Of a stretch of DNA of 64,000 bases, positions 19,801-28,842 are shown in pieces. Each line of letters begins with the position of its first letter. Position 1 is the first letter of the stretch. Location of the stretch: the NCBI GenBank assembly GCA_965216325.1, contig OZ244160.1:448001-512000 (forward strand), given 5' to 3'. The position numbers and the translations under genes are program-made. The notes below the pieces were generated by a model. The model did no database searches, was not told the DNA's origin, and saw nothing but the letters and a program-made list of their open reading frames with translations. This DNA comes from Coraliomargarita sp. (GTDB taxonomy: Bacteria; Verrucomicrobiota; Verrucomicrobiia; Opitutales; Coraliomargaritaceae).

Positions 19801-20246
19801 GTTCTGAGCTTATTTTCGAATGCTTGTCGATTCGACGGGCTGCAAGGTGACGGAATGATTTTTTTCATATAGGGTCACCTATTAGGGTAAAGGCCGCGCT
19901 TGGGGAGCGCGGCCTTTTTTTGGTTCTTCGTCAATTATCGTGAAAGGGATAGCAAGGAAGCGGGATTGAAGTTCATAGAGGTTCTTCGAGATTTTCAGTG
20001 GATGCTTGCACTGTTAGGCGTTCAAGGCACTTCAGCTTTGGTTACGTGGCTTTTAACCACCGATGACTCCGATGACCACCGATTGCTTTGCTTCAGTCGC
20101 ACTCGTCTCTGTGCGCATCGGTGTGATCGGTGGTTCGTCAATGCACTTCTGCGTCGGTGGCTTCCTTTAGGCCGCCACCCCGTAGGTCAGGGGGGGGGGG
20201 GGGTAGACAGTGGGAGTCTGGTACCCAGGTGCCCAAGCTGTTTTTA

Positions 20247-20269
20247 GTGTTTTCAGGGACAGGCTATAA
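20247..20269 (+). repeat. Junction repeat copy (another at 20596-20626)
   Basis: gtgttttcagggacaggctataa; gtgtttttagggacaggctataataagagtc. Confidence 0.8.
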
Positions 20270-20442
20270 TAATACCGATTCGCAAAGGTTTGACCTGATA
20301 GGCACCACCCCGTCTCGCTTCGCGATCCACCCCTCCTCGTCAAGGAGGGGAGCTAAAGAAGCTCCTCCCCTGCGAAGGGGAGGTCATCCCGCTAGCGGGA
20401 TGGGAGGGGTATTTTAGCCCAGACCTTTATTGAACTGGTATA
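20270..20442. mobile_element. MITE-like element, complete copy; right-truncated copies at 16647-16799 and 16872-17024
   Basis: Imperfect terminal inverted repeats ataccgattcgcaaaggtttg / cagacctttattgaactggtat around cccctcc..ggagggg hairpins. Confidence 0.6.
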
Positions 20443-20943
20443 AGAATCCAGCGGAGCTGGAGACCGCTTATTCCCGCTTATGGACGCTTATTTTTAAGAT
20501 TTAAATTCTGAGGCACGTCGTGCTGGATAAGCGTAAATTAGCGTTCATAAGCGGTTAAAAAAATCTGGGTTCATTTCTTCTGCAGGCTGTTTTTAGTGTT
20601 TTTAGGGACAGGCTATAATAAGAGTCTTCTTAATTCCGTTTTTTGTTCACAACCGCTACGCTAGCACCCAAGGGCATAATAAAGGGCCCTTCCTCCTTCG
20701 CTATGCAAGCTACGGCGGACATGCCGGGCGAGGATGGGGAGTATACATTGCTGTGGCATTCTTTTCCTAAACTCCTTCCCTTGCGCAAGCGGTTGTAAAA
20801 AATTACGTAGCCTCAGTCAAAGAAGCTTAGTGCGAAGCCCGCTAAATCAGTGGTTCTATGCACCCACTCCCCAGTAAATGACGATGAACCTAAAAAGAGC
20901 CCGGAACATCTCGAAGAACCACGTGGGACTGATACGACAAGGG

Positions 20944-20990
20944 GCACGGTCGATTGACCGTGTTTACAGTATTTTGTTTTCTGCTAATGT
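20944..20990 (+). promoter_or_regulatory. Palindrome GCACGGTCGATTGACCGTGT with -35 TTTACA and TGcTAATGT
   Basis: Upstream of PEP-CTERM gene 21065. Confidence 0.72.
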
Positions 20991-21064
20991 GAGGTGCGCT
21001 GGTATGAAGAGGCGGTCTTCGACCTGAGGATACAAAACACGACGCTCCCCCTGAAAGCTAAAAG

Positions 21065-21907
21065 ATGAGATCTAAATTAGAAATATACATGCAAGCCGCC
21101 GCCACTCTGATCGTGGCAGGAGCATTCGCATCCGTTCATGCTGTTACAGTCACTTGGGATGGCAGTGAAGGCGACCGCGAATGGGGCACCGCCGCGAACT
21201 GGGATCCTGCAGCGCCCGGGAATGGCGACGACGTGATCATTGGGAATGGGGACACCGTCAACATTACCGGAAAAATTCTGACGAGTAATCTCAACATCAT
21301 CCTCAGCGGTGGCTCAGATTTAACCTATACGGGCGCAAAGGGTGCTGCTCAGTTTGACATGGAAAGCGCCTCAATTGCTTTCGGCGCAGGCTCAGACCTA
21401 TCATTGGCTGGAACCATCAGGATCTCGAACAGTGCCAGTCTGGCGTTTGACGATGGGGCTACGCTCGGTGGGGCTGTGGATATGGAGTTCCGAGAGAGCA
21501 GTGCTGGCCTACAGTTTAATCTCGGAGCCACTGGCTTCACGACCATTACACCTGGTGGTTTGAACTTCTGGAATGACTCTGATGAATTCTGGAATTTATC
21601 AAACATAAACTTCACCGTCGACTTTGCGAATTATACCGGCGAATCGGGGACGATCACCTTGATCGACTGGGACACTGACATGAAAGACGCCAATACCACA
21701 CAAGCCCTGCTGGATGCGGCCACCCAAAATTTTATTAATGCCGCCGGCTACGAAAACATTGTTCTCACCTGGGATGAGGACGCGACTGCCATCAACCTGA
21801 GCTTCGACACCGACGACACCGTCGACATTCCCGAGCCATCCTATCTCGCTGCGCTCCTTGGACTGCTTGGGGCTTTTGCTGTGATCCTGCGCAGGCAGCG
21901 TAGCTAG
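21065..21907 (+). CDS. PEP-CTERM protein, paralog of gene 17675
   Basis: VTWDG..WGTAANW, LQFNLGATGFTT; tail IPEPSYLAALLGLLGAFAVILRRQRS. Confidence 0.9.
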   Translation: MRSKLEIYMQAAATLIVAGAFASVHAVTVTWDGSEGDREWGTAANWDPAAPGNGDDVIIGNGDTVNITGKILTSNLNIILSGGSDLTYTGAKGAAQFDMESASIAFGAGSDLSLAGTIRISNSASLAFDDGATLGGAVDMEFRESSAGLQFNLGATGFTTITPGGLNFWNDSDEFWNLSNINFTVDFANYTGESGTITLIDWDTDMKDANTTQALLDAATQNFINAAGYENIVLTWDEDATAINLSFDTDDTVDIPEPSYLAALLGLLGAFAVILRRQRS

Positions 21908-22224
21908 AACAGCTGGAAGGGCCGCCTTGCGGCTATTCCTGGCTCTACCGAATATATATTACGGCCTAGCAGCCCGTCGGACTGGAGTGTCCTTCCTGCA
22001 ATCGTCGTTTTTTACCTCTTCTCCAGAATCTGAGGGTATGACTCAGTAGAATCGCCATCTATGCCAGTGCGCTAGAGCGGGGGAGATTGGGAGGGAGGCT
22101 TTGTTCATCCTAAAAAGATGAGTCATGGAACCTATTAATGGCTTCGCCATTTTGGTGGATAAGTGTGCTCTTTGCTTTCACTGAACTACCTTAACTCATT
22201 TTTTAGGTTGAATGGGCTGCCACC

Positions 22225-22440
22225 TCATCCAGCTTGAACGCCAAACGTGAGGCTGAGATCAATGGTTCCTGCTGCACCCGTGTTGTCGATGAAGTTGCTG
22301 ATGGAGTTGCCTCCTGCGCTGGTCATGTTGTTCCAGTTGCCAGAAGTTGTGCCCGCGACGTCAGAGAAGTCGATCAACGACGTGGCTGCACTTGCAAAGC
22401 CGGCCGTCGCGATGAAGGTGGCGATTGTAATCGTTTTGTA
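22225..22440 (-). pseudogene. Start-less N-terminal remnant of a PEP-CTERM-type secreted protein
   Basis: Hand translation of the minus strand gives YKTITIATFIATAGFASAATSLIDFSDVAGTTSGNWNNMTSAGGNSISNFIDNTGAAGTIDLSLTFGVQAG*, resembling the N-terminus of gene 13940 (SIGLNF..NWNN..LVDNTG). Confidence 0.65.
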
Positions 22441-22457
22441 TAATACCCCCCCAGAAA

Positions 22458-22487
22458 CCTCAACACGGTCATTTGACCGTGTTGAGG
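22458..22487. promoter_or_regulatory. Extended palindrome CCTCAACACGGTCATTTGACCGTGTTGAGG
   Basis: Member of the palindrome family; immediately upstream of the minus-strand remnant. Confidence 0.7.
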
Positions 22488-22507
22488 GGTGTTTTTCTGC
22501 GAGCGTG

Positions 22508-23383
22508 TTACTTTTGAATTTGCCACTCCGGCTGGGCTAACGCATCGGTCTCTCCTTGGAGATCGCCGGCGGCAAATTGGATCCCATTCAGCCATAATTG
22601 AAGCATGTCTGGATCCCAGCACAGGTGATCATTATGGCCAAAGGCCGAGATGAACACATGACCTTGGCCGAACTTTTTCACCCAGGTCAGGGCGTGGTCA
22701 TTGTCCCGGCGTTGGTTGTTTGCTGGCGAGACCCGCGTATCCACAGTCATCAAGACTCTTTGCTTCTGACGATCGTATTCTTTGTATTTATACAATTCGT
22801 CTGAAATCTTAAAGGTGGTTTGCGGGTAGTGATCGACACAGCAGTGCTGCGGGTCGTCGATACTGATTCCATAGGTTCCTTTTTGATTCCATGGGTGACC
22901 ATCAAAGACGCCACCCACGAGTTCGACATATTCCGGCCATTCTGGATGCCCCGCATCGGTGGCACCATGGATGGCGACAAAGCCTCCACCATTTTTAATG
23001 AAATCAAGAATGGCATTACGGGATTCCGGTGTTTGAAAGGCCTTCTGAAGCTTTGTGGTATTATTAAAAATCAGCAGGTCATAGTTTTTCAGCTTCTCTG
23101 CGGTGAAGTCTTCGGCCTGATCGGAAAAGTCTGCGGTAAATGCCCCTGTTTCCTTGCCCATGATGTCTAAGCATACATTTATGGTTGGAATAGACCCGTG
23201 GCGATAACCTGAAGCTTTGTAATAGACCAGCGCCTTGCGGGGCGTCTCTAACTGGACCTTGGCTTGGATGTCCATGGCCTGCGTGATTTGTTCACGATGC
23301 TTGTCGTTGAAGGGTCCTTGAGCTGCATATCCAGTCGTGATCGACAGGGAAATTAGTAGTGCGATGATTTTAATTTTCTTCAT
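22508..23383 (-). CDS. ThuA-like (trehalose utilisation / GATase-like) domain secreted protein
   Basis: GYRHGSI, YDLLIFNNT, GGGFVAIHGA, GGVFDGHPW, DELY, GHVFISAFGH. Confidence 0.88.
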   Translation of the reverse strand: MKKIKIIALLISLSITTGYAAQGPFNDKHREQITQAMDIQAKVQLETPRKALVYYKASGYRHGSIPTINVCLDIMGKETGAFTADFSDQAEDFTAEKLKNYDLLIFNNTTKLQKAFQTPESRNAILDFIKNGGGFVAIHGATDAGHPEWPEYVELVGGVFDGHPWNQKGTYGISIDDPQHCCVDHYPQTTFKISDELYKYKEYDRQKQRVLMTVDTRVSPANNQRRDNDHALTWVKKFGQGHVFISAFGHNDHLCWDPDMLQLWLNGIQFAAGDLQGETDALAQPEWQIQK

Positions 23384-23414
23384 ATTGGTTCTTTTGTTAT
23401 ATTTCTGAGTGATC

Positions 23415-25406
23415 TTAAAAGTCGCCCTTTGGGAATAGCGTGGTCCGCAGTAAGGTGGCGCCTGAGGGTTCGAGTGTGAGTTCTACTTGCGCACTCTCCA
23501 CTTCGAGTGTGGTGGGGAAATCCGTGGCAATCGCACCTGGATTCAGTCCCCATGCTTGATCGCCTTGACCGAGCGCCCAGTTGGTCACTTTTCGGGCGGG
23601 CACGTTGATCTGAATGGGGGATTGCCCGGCATCCCATGGATACCCCTGTGTCGGTGATTGGATGACTGTTATGTCGTCTGGGGTGAGCGTTGAGGAAAGC
23701 GCATAGGCCCAACCCACAGGATTCACCGGTAGGTATTGATAGGCCGGAAACTGAGGGCTTGCTTTACCCGCTGGAGAGTCCGTGGTGACGATCTGCTTGG
23801 CAGGTACGGGATAGGAGAAAACCAGAGGGCCATAATTGATCGCCTGACCACGGCCAATGCGGTCGATGACGGGTGCTGCCTCAAACGCGATTGCCACTTG
23901 ATCGCCGGCTTTGAAGACTCGCTTCAGTTCCGCAAAAAAGCTGCTTTCTTTGCCGCTAAGGATCGTTTTGCCGTTTAGGTTGATACTGTAGGATTCTGCC
24001 CAGCCGGGAACTCTGAGTGCCAGGGTGATCTCATTGGCTGGCGCATGATCGATTGCGATATTCACCGTGTGCTCAAAAGGATAATTGGTTTTCTGAGTGA
24101 GGGTCAGTTTGCCTTGTGGCATCGGTAGCTCGACCGTGCTTGGCAGGTAGAGTGCGACACTGGCACGATCGCCTTCGACCAGGCACATACGGTTGAGGAA
24201 GGTGGGGAACATACGGTGCACATTCCCGGTGCAGCACTCGGTATCATGGCCGGGGCGGTAACACATGCGACCTTGCCCCAGCTTGCCCCAACCGGAGTCA
24301 TTATTATAGAAACTGGAGTCGTTTCTGCTGATGGGGACATTGGGGGTGCCGTAGTATTGGTGCGCCTTAAAATCGCTGGTGATGGAGCCAAATCCGGCGT
24401 TGTAGAGCACCTTCTCCATTTTATCCGCATACTTGGCATCTCCAGTCGCGAGCAAGGCATAGCCGGCACTCCAGTTGAAGTCGATGGCATTGCAGAGTTC
24501 GTGTGCTTGAATGGGGCTTTTGCCGCTTAATTCCTCAGTTGCGCTCGATAAGCCACATGCCAATTCATGTTGTTCGCTGAGCATCTCGAACGCGCGCTCG
24601 AATCCTTTGCGGTAGATCTCTTTGCCTGTAGCAGTGTAGAGAATCGCGGGAAGCTTTAGGAATTCGTGGTAGGTAACCGCGTGTCCTTCCGGATCGACAC
24701 CCTCCGCCATGCCCTGAGCCATCACCGTCGCGAGAGCGGGGCCTGCTGTTTGGTAAAGACGTTCTGCTGCGTCGGTGTAAAACCTGTCCTTGGTGATTTC
24801 AGCCAAGGCACACAGGTGCTCAACATGGAGCAAAGAACGGGCCTTGAAACTGAGTCGATCGATCTGGGGAAAACTGGCGTCACGACTGTAAACGGCGCGA
24901 TAGTGTTTTTGGATGGCAGCAAGCAGTTCCGCATCTTGGGTGTTTGCATACTCCTCAAATAAGATGCGCATAAAGACCACCATCGGCCACCAGTCATTCT
25001 CGATTTTATCGGCTCTGAGGGTTCCGTCCGCATCGGCATGATCCAGCACATAACGGATATTTTTTCGGACTCTTTCGAGCATCTCTGGCGACTGATTGAT
25101 ATAGCCGCAGCGCAGTGCGCCATCGAGATAATAACCGGTCTGCTCATAGGGCCACCATCCTGATCCATATTGGCCGAACTCGCGGTCTGCGACGTCCATG
25201 GGGCCGGTCCACATGCCGGTGTTGAACGGATAGCCACTCTGCTCCGGGTGACCGGTGAGGCCGTCCTCCTGACGCTTTATAAATTCCTTGGCCCAACCGT
25301 GAAGTCGAATGGAGCTGCTGGCTAGGTCATGCCGTTTGATCACCATCGGTTTATTCGCGGTATCGGAGTCATTGGCCACAGCATTGTCACCTATAATGAG
25401 GCACAT
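23415..25406 (-). CDS. GH127/GH146-like glycoside hydrolase (beta-L-arabinofuranosidase-like)
   Basis: WPYEQTGYYLDG, HAVT..E, HELCNA, ECCTGNVHRMFP, T.YPF, LRVPGWA, YGPLVFS. Start uncertain. Confidence 0.85.
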   Translation of the reverse strand: MCLIIGDNAVANDSDTANKPMVIKRHDLASSSIRLHGWAKEFIKRQEDGLTGHPEQSGYPFNTGMWTGPMDVADREFGQYGSGWWPYEQTGYYLDGALRCGYINQSPEMLERVRKNIRYVLDHADADGTLRADKIENDWWPMVVFMRILFEEYANTQDAELLAAIQKHYRAVYSRDASFPQIDRLSFKARSLLHVEHLCALAEITKDRFYTDAAERLYQTAGPALATVMAQGMAEGVDPEGHAVTYHEFLKLPAILYTATGKEIYRKGFERAFEMLSEQHELACGLSSATEELSGKSPIQAHELCNAIDFNWSAGYALLATGDAKYADKMEKVLYNAGFGSITSDFKAHQYYGTPNVPISRNDSSFYNNDSGWGKLGQGRMCYRPGHDTECCTGNVHRMFPTFLNRMCLVEGDRASVALYLPSTVELPMPQGKLTLTQKTNYPFEHTVNIAIDHAPANEITLALRVPGWAESYSINLNGKTILSGKESSFFAELKRVFKAGDQVAIAFEAAPVIDRIGRGQAINYGPLVFSYPVPAKQIVTTDSPAGKASPQFPAYQYLPVNPVGWAYALSSTLTPDDITVIQSPTQGYPWDAGQSPIQINVPARKVTNWALGQGDQAWGLNPGAIATDFPTTLEVESAQVELTLEPSGATLLRTTLFPKGDF

Positions 25407-25624
25407 GTGGTGGGCAGGATGGAGGCGAGTGTCGCACTTGGCCTGAGGAAGCGACGGTGGGGGGATTGGCGTGATGAATGCATGGGGCAGTGGATGAGTG
25501 GTGATGTCAATAGAAGAGAGTAATAATTGGGAGGGGAGGGGGGCTTAGGTAGCTGAGCTGAAGATGGGAGCGTATGGAGGTCTATCTCGAGATCGAAATT
25601 CAGCTCACAGGCGGACACACAGTA

Positions 25625-25665
25625 ATGAACATTTCAATTCTGTAAACACGGCCAATCGACCGTGT
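25625..25665 (-). promoter_or_regulatory. Palindrome (minus strand ACACGGTCGATTGGCCGTGT) with -35 TTTACA, facing the GH127-ThuA operon
   Basis: Core at 25646-25665; the -35 lies on the minus strand, matching gene orientation. Confidence 0.7.
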
Positions 25666-25891
25666 ATCGTCATTTTCAGCCCCAAATTGGGGGGGGATTA
25701 TACCACTTGGTGAAACAAACGAGACGAATGACTTGGTAGAACATTTTTTGATACCGCTCATCCCGAACACTCGATGTAGACCGTCTTGGCCAGCGGTGGC
25801 TTCTGGTCGCTGTCAGTCATTAGGGGCAAAAAAAATGGATGGGGCGGTAAGCGGGAAAAGGGGCAAGGATAAGATAACATGGGGCAAAGAG

Positions 25892-25939
25892 ACACGGTCA
25901 TTTGACCGTGTTGTCAGATTTTTTTTTTTATGGTAGTGT
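25892..25939 (+). promoter_or_regulatory. Palindrome ACACGGTCATTTGACCGTGT with -35 TTGTCA, T11 tract and TGgTAGTGT
   Basis: Upstream of PEP-CTERM gene 26028; 17-nt spacer. Confidence 0.72.
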
Positions 25940-26027
25940 GTATAGACGTTGCACTTTCAATCGTGAATGAACCCTCGTGTGGACCCTGCAGGGTGCTCCT
26001 AAAGTTAAACCAAACACTCGCTAAGGC

Positions 26028-26714
26028 ATGAATAAACTCAATCCAACATCGACAGTCCTTCTGCGCTCGGTCGCGGCGATGGCCGGCATCGTCCTGACCG
26101 CGACCTCGGCCCAAGCGGCGACTATTACATCAGTCGCATTCAACGGCGGCAACGACCAGTCCCAGATCGTCAACACAGGAGGCACCCTCGTGTCAGCCGC
26201 GAACTTTGGCGAAGCGGCGGTCACCATTAATGGGATCGCCCACGCTGCGGGGTCCCTCAATGGAGCCAATCTGACCCTTAACGAAGACTATGAGGGCGCC
26301 TACCGAAACCTTGATTCCGAAGCAGGTGCCACTGGAGCGGGGGCTACTGATGAAATGTTCACTTTGCTCAGCAGCATGGCGGGGTTTAACACCTCGCCCC
26401 TAACTCTGGACATTAGCGGCCTCACTATAGGGCAAGACTACCTTTTCCAGGCGTATTGGGAGGCTAACGCCGGAGAGACACTTTCGGTGAACTTCGAGGG
26501 CGTTACTGCAGACATCGACGATGATATAAAGGGCGTTCTGATCTCGTACACGTTCACCGCAGGCGACGACACGTTTAACGCGACATTTGAAAATGACACT
26601 TCTGGGAATTGGGTACAAGGCTACTCGCTACAAGCCATCCCCGAGCCATCCTCCGCCGCGGCTCTCTTTGGAGTTGTTGGACTTTGTGCTGTGGCCCTGC
26701 GCCGTAGGAAGTAA
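26028..26714 (+). CDS. PEP-CTERM protein
   Basis: Signal peptide; tail IPEPSSAAALFGVVGLCAVALRRRK. Confidence 0.92.
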   Translation: MNKLNPTSTVLLRSVAAMAGIVLTATSAQAATITSVAFNGGNDQSQIVNTGGTLVSAANFGEAAVTINGIAHAAGSLNGANLTLNEDYEGAYRNLDSEAGATGAGATDEMFTLLSSMAGFNTSPLTLDISGLTIGQDYLFQAYWEANAGETLSVNFEGVTADIDDDIKGVLISYTFTAGDDTFNATFENDTSGNWVQGYSLQAIPEPSSAAALFGVVGLCAVALRRRK

Positions 26715-26761
26715 GTATCGATCTTAACCAGGGCTCCGGGCAATGATTGTTCGGGCTCACT

Positions 26762-26797
26762 AAAAGACTTGTAGGCAATCGCACTACAAGTCTTTTT
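26762..26797 (+). terminator. Intrinsic terminator
   Basis: aaaagacttgtag..ctacaagtctttttt. Confidence 0.75.
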
Positions 26798-26939
26798 TAT
26801 TGGTGGCATCCTGACCCCATGTCTTGACCGAAGAGAACCACTGATTCAATTCCATGGCACAAGCGAATTCCATGGTGAACGTGCTTGTTATATGATATCC
26901 TTGGGTGCGGATGTCGTTGATGTTTGTGCGCGCACCGGC

Positions 26940-27190
26940 CTGGGAATTCTCCTTGGCGATTCGAAGCACGAGATTCTCTATTTCTTCAGGCTTTTTCTGG
27001 CGTCCGGGGTATTTCCGTTTCTTCGAGCCATCGAATTTACGGGCAATCAGCCTGCGGTGCCACCTGTAGAGCGTGTCGGGTGTCACAATCGTGGCATACC
27101 GCTCAATCGCTTTGCCCAGTTTCTTCGCTTTTTCGGCCAGCTTTATGCGTTGAGCGTCAGTGAAGCGGATGCGCTTTTTGATTTTGGATT
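26940..27190 (-). pseudogene. Fragment of an integrase-core (rve-type) IS transposase
   Basis: KRIRFTDAQRIKLAEKAK..IVTPDTLYRWHRRLIARKFDGS..PGR..IENLVLRIAKEN; the catalytic domain is missing. Confidence 0.7.
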
Positions 27191-27284
27191 AATTTTTGGC
27201 CATTATGGGGAAGGTGCGGGGATTGGTTGTTAGTGTTTATTAAAATTGACAATATGGCCATTTTTGTAGTTTTTTATAGGCATT

Positions 27285-27608
27285 ATGAAGCGGTCAGTGA
27301 ATTTACTCCCGCGTCAACGCCGTCAATTCACTCAACTCGGTGAACGGTTGAAGTTGGCACGTTTACGTCGCCGCCTCTCGGCTACGCTGGTGGCGGAGCG
27401 AGCTGGTATCAGTAGGGCGACGTTGCACAAGATCGAATTGGGGGATCCCCATGTGGCAATGGGGAGTTACTTTCAAGTTCTCCGAGTTTTAGGTTTGGAG
27501 GCTGATTTTGGACTGTTGGCTTTGGATGATCAAATGGGGCGTAAGCTTCAGGATTTGGATTTGGTTACAAAGAAACGGGCTCCCAGACGAAAGGCTATAA
27601 ATGGCTGA
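27285..27608 (+). CDS. XRE-family HTH antitoxin (HipB-like)
   Basis: LGERLKLARLRR..VAERAGISRATLHKIELG; overlaps the start of the HipA gene. Confidence 0.88.
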   Translation: MKRSVNLLPRQRRQFTQLGERLKLARLRRRLSATLVAERAGISRATLHKIELGDPHVAMGSYFQVLRVLGLEADFGLLALDDQMGRKLQDLDLVTKKRAPRRKAING

Positions 27609-28842
27609 GCGATCTCCGATCTATGTCTATGCGGATTGGCAGGGTCTTGCGGAGCCTGCTTTGATGGGGGTGGTGCATCGTTCCGTAGTACGCGGGGAGG
27701 AAGTGCTTGCGTTTGAGTATGAGCAAGAATGGTTGAAACAGGCAGAAGCCTTGCTGCTTGATCCCCGTCTGCAGCTGGTTCAGGGGCGTCAATACCCCGA
27801 TGCGTCCGGTGTATTGGGTCTTCTGACTGACTCTGCTCCGGATCGCTGGGGGCGGTTGTTGATTCAGCGTCGAGCGGCCTTAGAGAGAGAGCCAACGAGC
27901 TTGCATGAGTCCGACTATGTACTCGCAGTTGCGGATACTTGCCGAATGGGCGGTTTGCGCTTCAAGTTGGATTCGGATGGTGCTTTTCTCGCCGAAGATG
28001 AAGCACTTTCAGTGCCTCCAATGCATATGCTTCGAGAGTTGGAACAGGCGTCTCTTCACTTTGAAGCGGCAGATTCGGAAGACCCGCATTATGTGCAATG
28101 GCTGCAAATGTTGCTCGCTCCGGGTACTTCTCTCGGAGGCGCGCGACCTAAAGCCAGTGTGCTGGATCCCGATGGCAATCTGTGGGTGGCAAAGTTCCCT
28201 AGCCGCAACGACGAATACGATGTCGGAGCATGGGAGGGTGTGGTCACGCAGCTTGCACAGCAGGCTGGACTCAATATCGTGTCTGCCAGAGTGGAAAAAT
28301 TCTCAGGTGCCGGTCGCACTTTTCTGAGTCAGCGCTTTGATCGGCGGGGGCAAAGACGAGTGCATTTCGCTTCGGCAATGTGCCTGTTGGGCTATCAGGA
28401 TGGGGACGGCGCGAAAACCGGAGCCAGCTATCTGGATTTGGTTGATTTAATCGAGCGCTACGGTGCCGATGTGGAAACAGATCTTGCAGAATTGTGGAAG
28501 AGAATCGTGTTCAACATTTGGATACACAACACGGATGATCATTTGCGAAACCATGGTTTTCTGCTCGGGGAATCTGGCTGGAGGCTATCGCCTGCCTATG
28601 ACTTAAACCCTCATCCTTGGGCAGGGGGACTTGCTTTAAATGTGGATGATGTCAGTAATGCATGTGATCTGGATTTAGCCCGGTCGGTCGGGCGCTATTT
28701 TCGACTCTCAGATCGGCAGCAGGCGGCTTATATCAATGAAGTCCGAGAGGCGGTTGCCGGCTGGAATTCTATCGCAGAGAGCATGGGAATCAGTCGTGGA
28801 GAGATCGAGCGAATGCGTGTGGCGTTTGAAACCGGAGGCTGA
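27601..28842 (+). CDS. hipA: HipA-family toxin kinase
   Basis: DSAPDRWGR, SLGGARPKA, WVAKFP, RFDR, NTDDHLRNHGFL, LSPAYDLNP. Confidence 0.92.
   Translation: MAERSPIYVYADWQGLAEPALMGVVHRSVVRGEEVLAFEYEQEWLKQAEALLLDPRLQLVQGRQYPDASGVLGLLTDSAPDRWGRLLIQRRAALEREPTSLHESDYVLAVADTCRMGGLRFKLDSDGAFLAEDEALSVPPMHMLRELEQASLHFEAADSEDPHYVQWLQMLLAPGTSLGGARPKASVLDPDGNLWVAKFPSRNDEYDVGAWEGVVTQLAQQAGLNIVSARVEKFSGAGRTFLSQRFDRRGQRRVHFASAMCLLGYQDGDGAKTGASYLDLVDLIERYGADVETDLAELWKRIVFNIWIHNTDDHLRNHGFLLGESGWRLSPAYDLNPHPWAGGLALNVDDVSNACDLDLARSVGRYFRLSDRQQAAYINEVREAVAGWNSIAESMGISRGEIERMRVAFETGG

Noticed and set aside
20190..20203. Long poly-G tract as a contingency locus
   Set aside because: It is intergenic with no linked promoter or ORF, and its length may be a sequencing artefact.
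15149..20626. Classical integron attC array
   Set aside because: The repeat lacks RYYYAAC..GTTRRRY ends and hairpin symmetry, there is no IntI, and the modules carry their own promoters.
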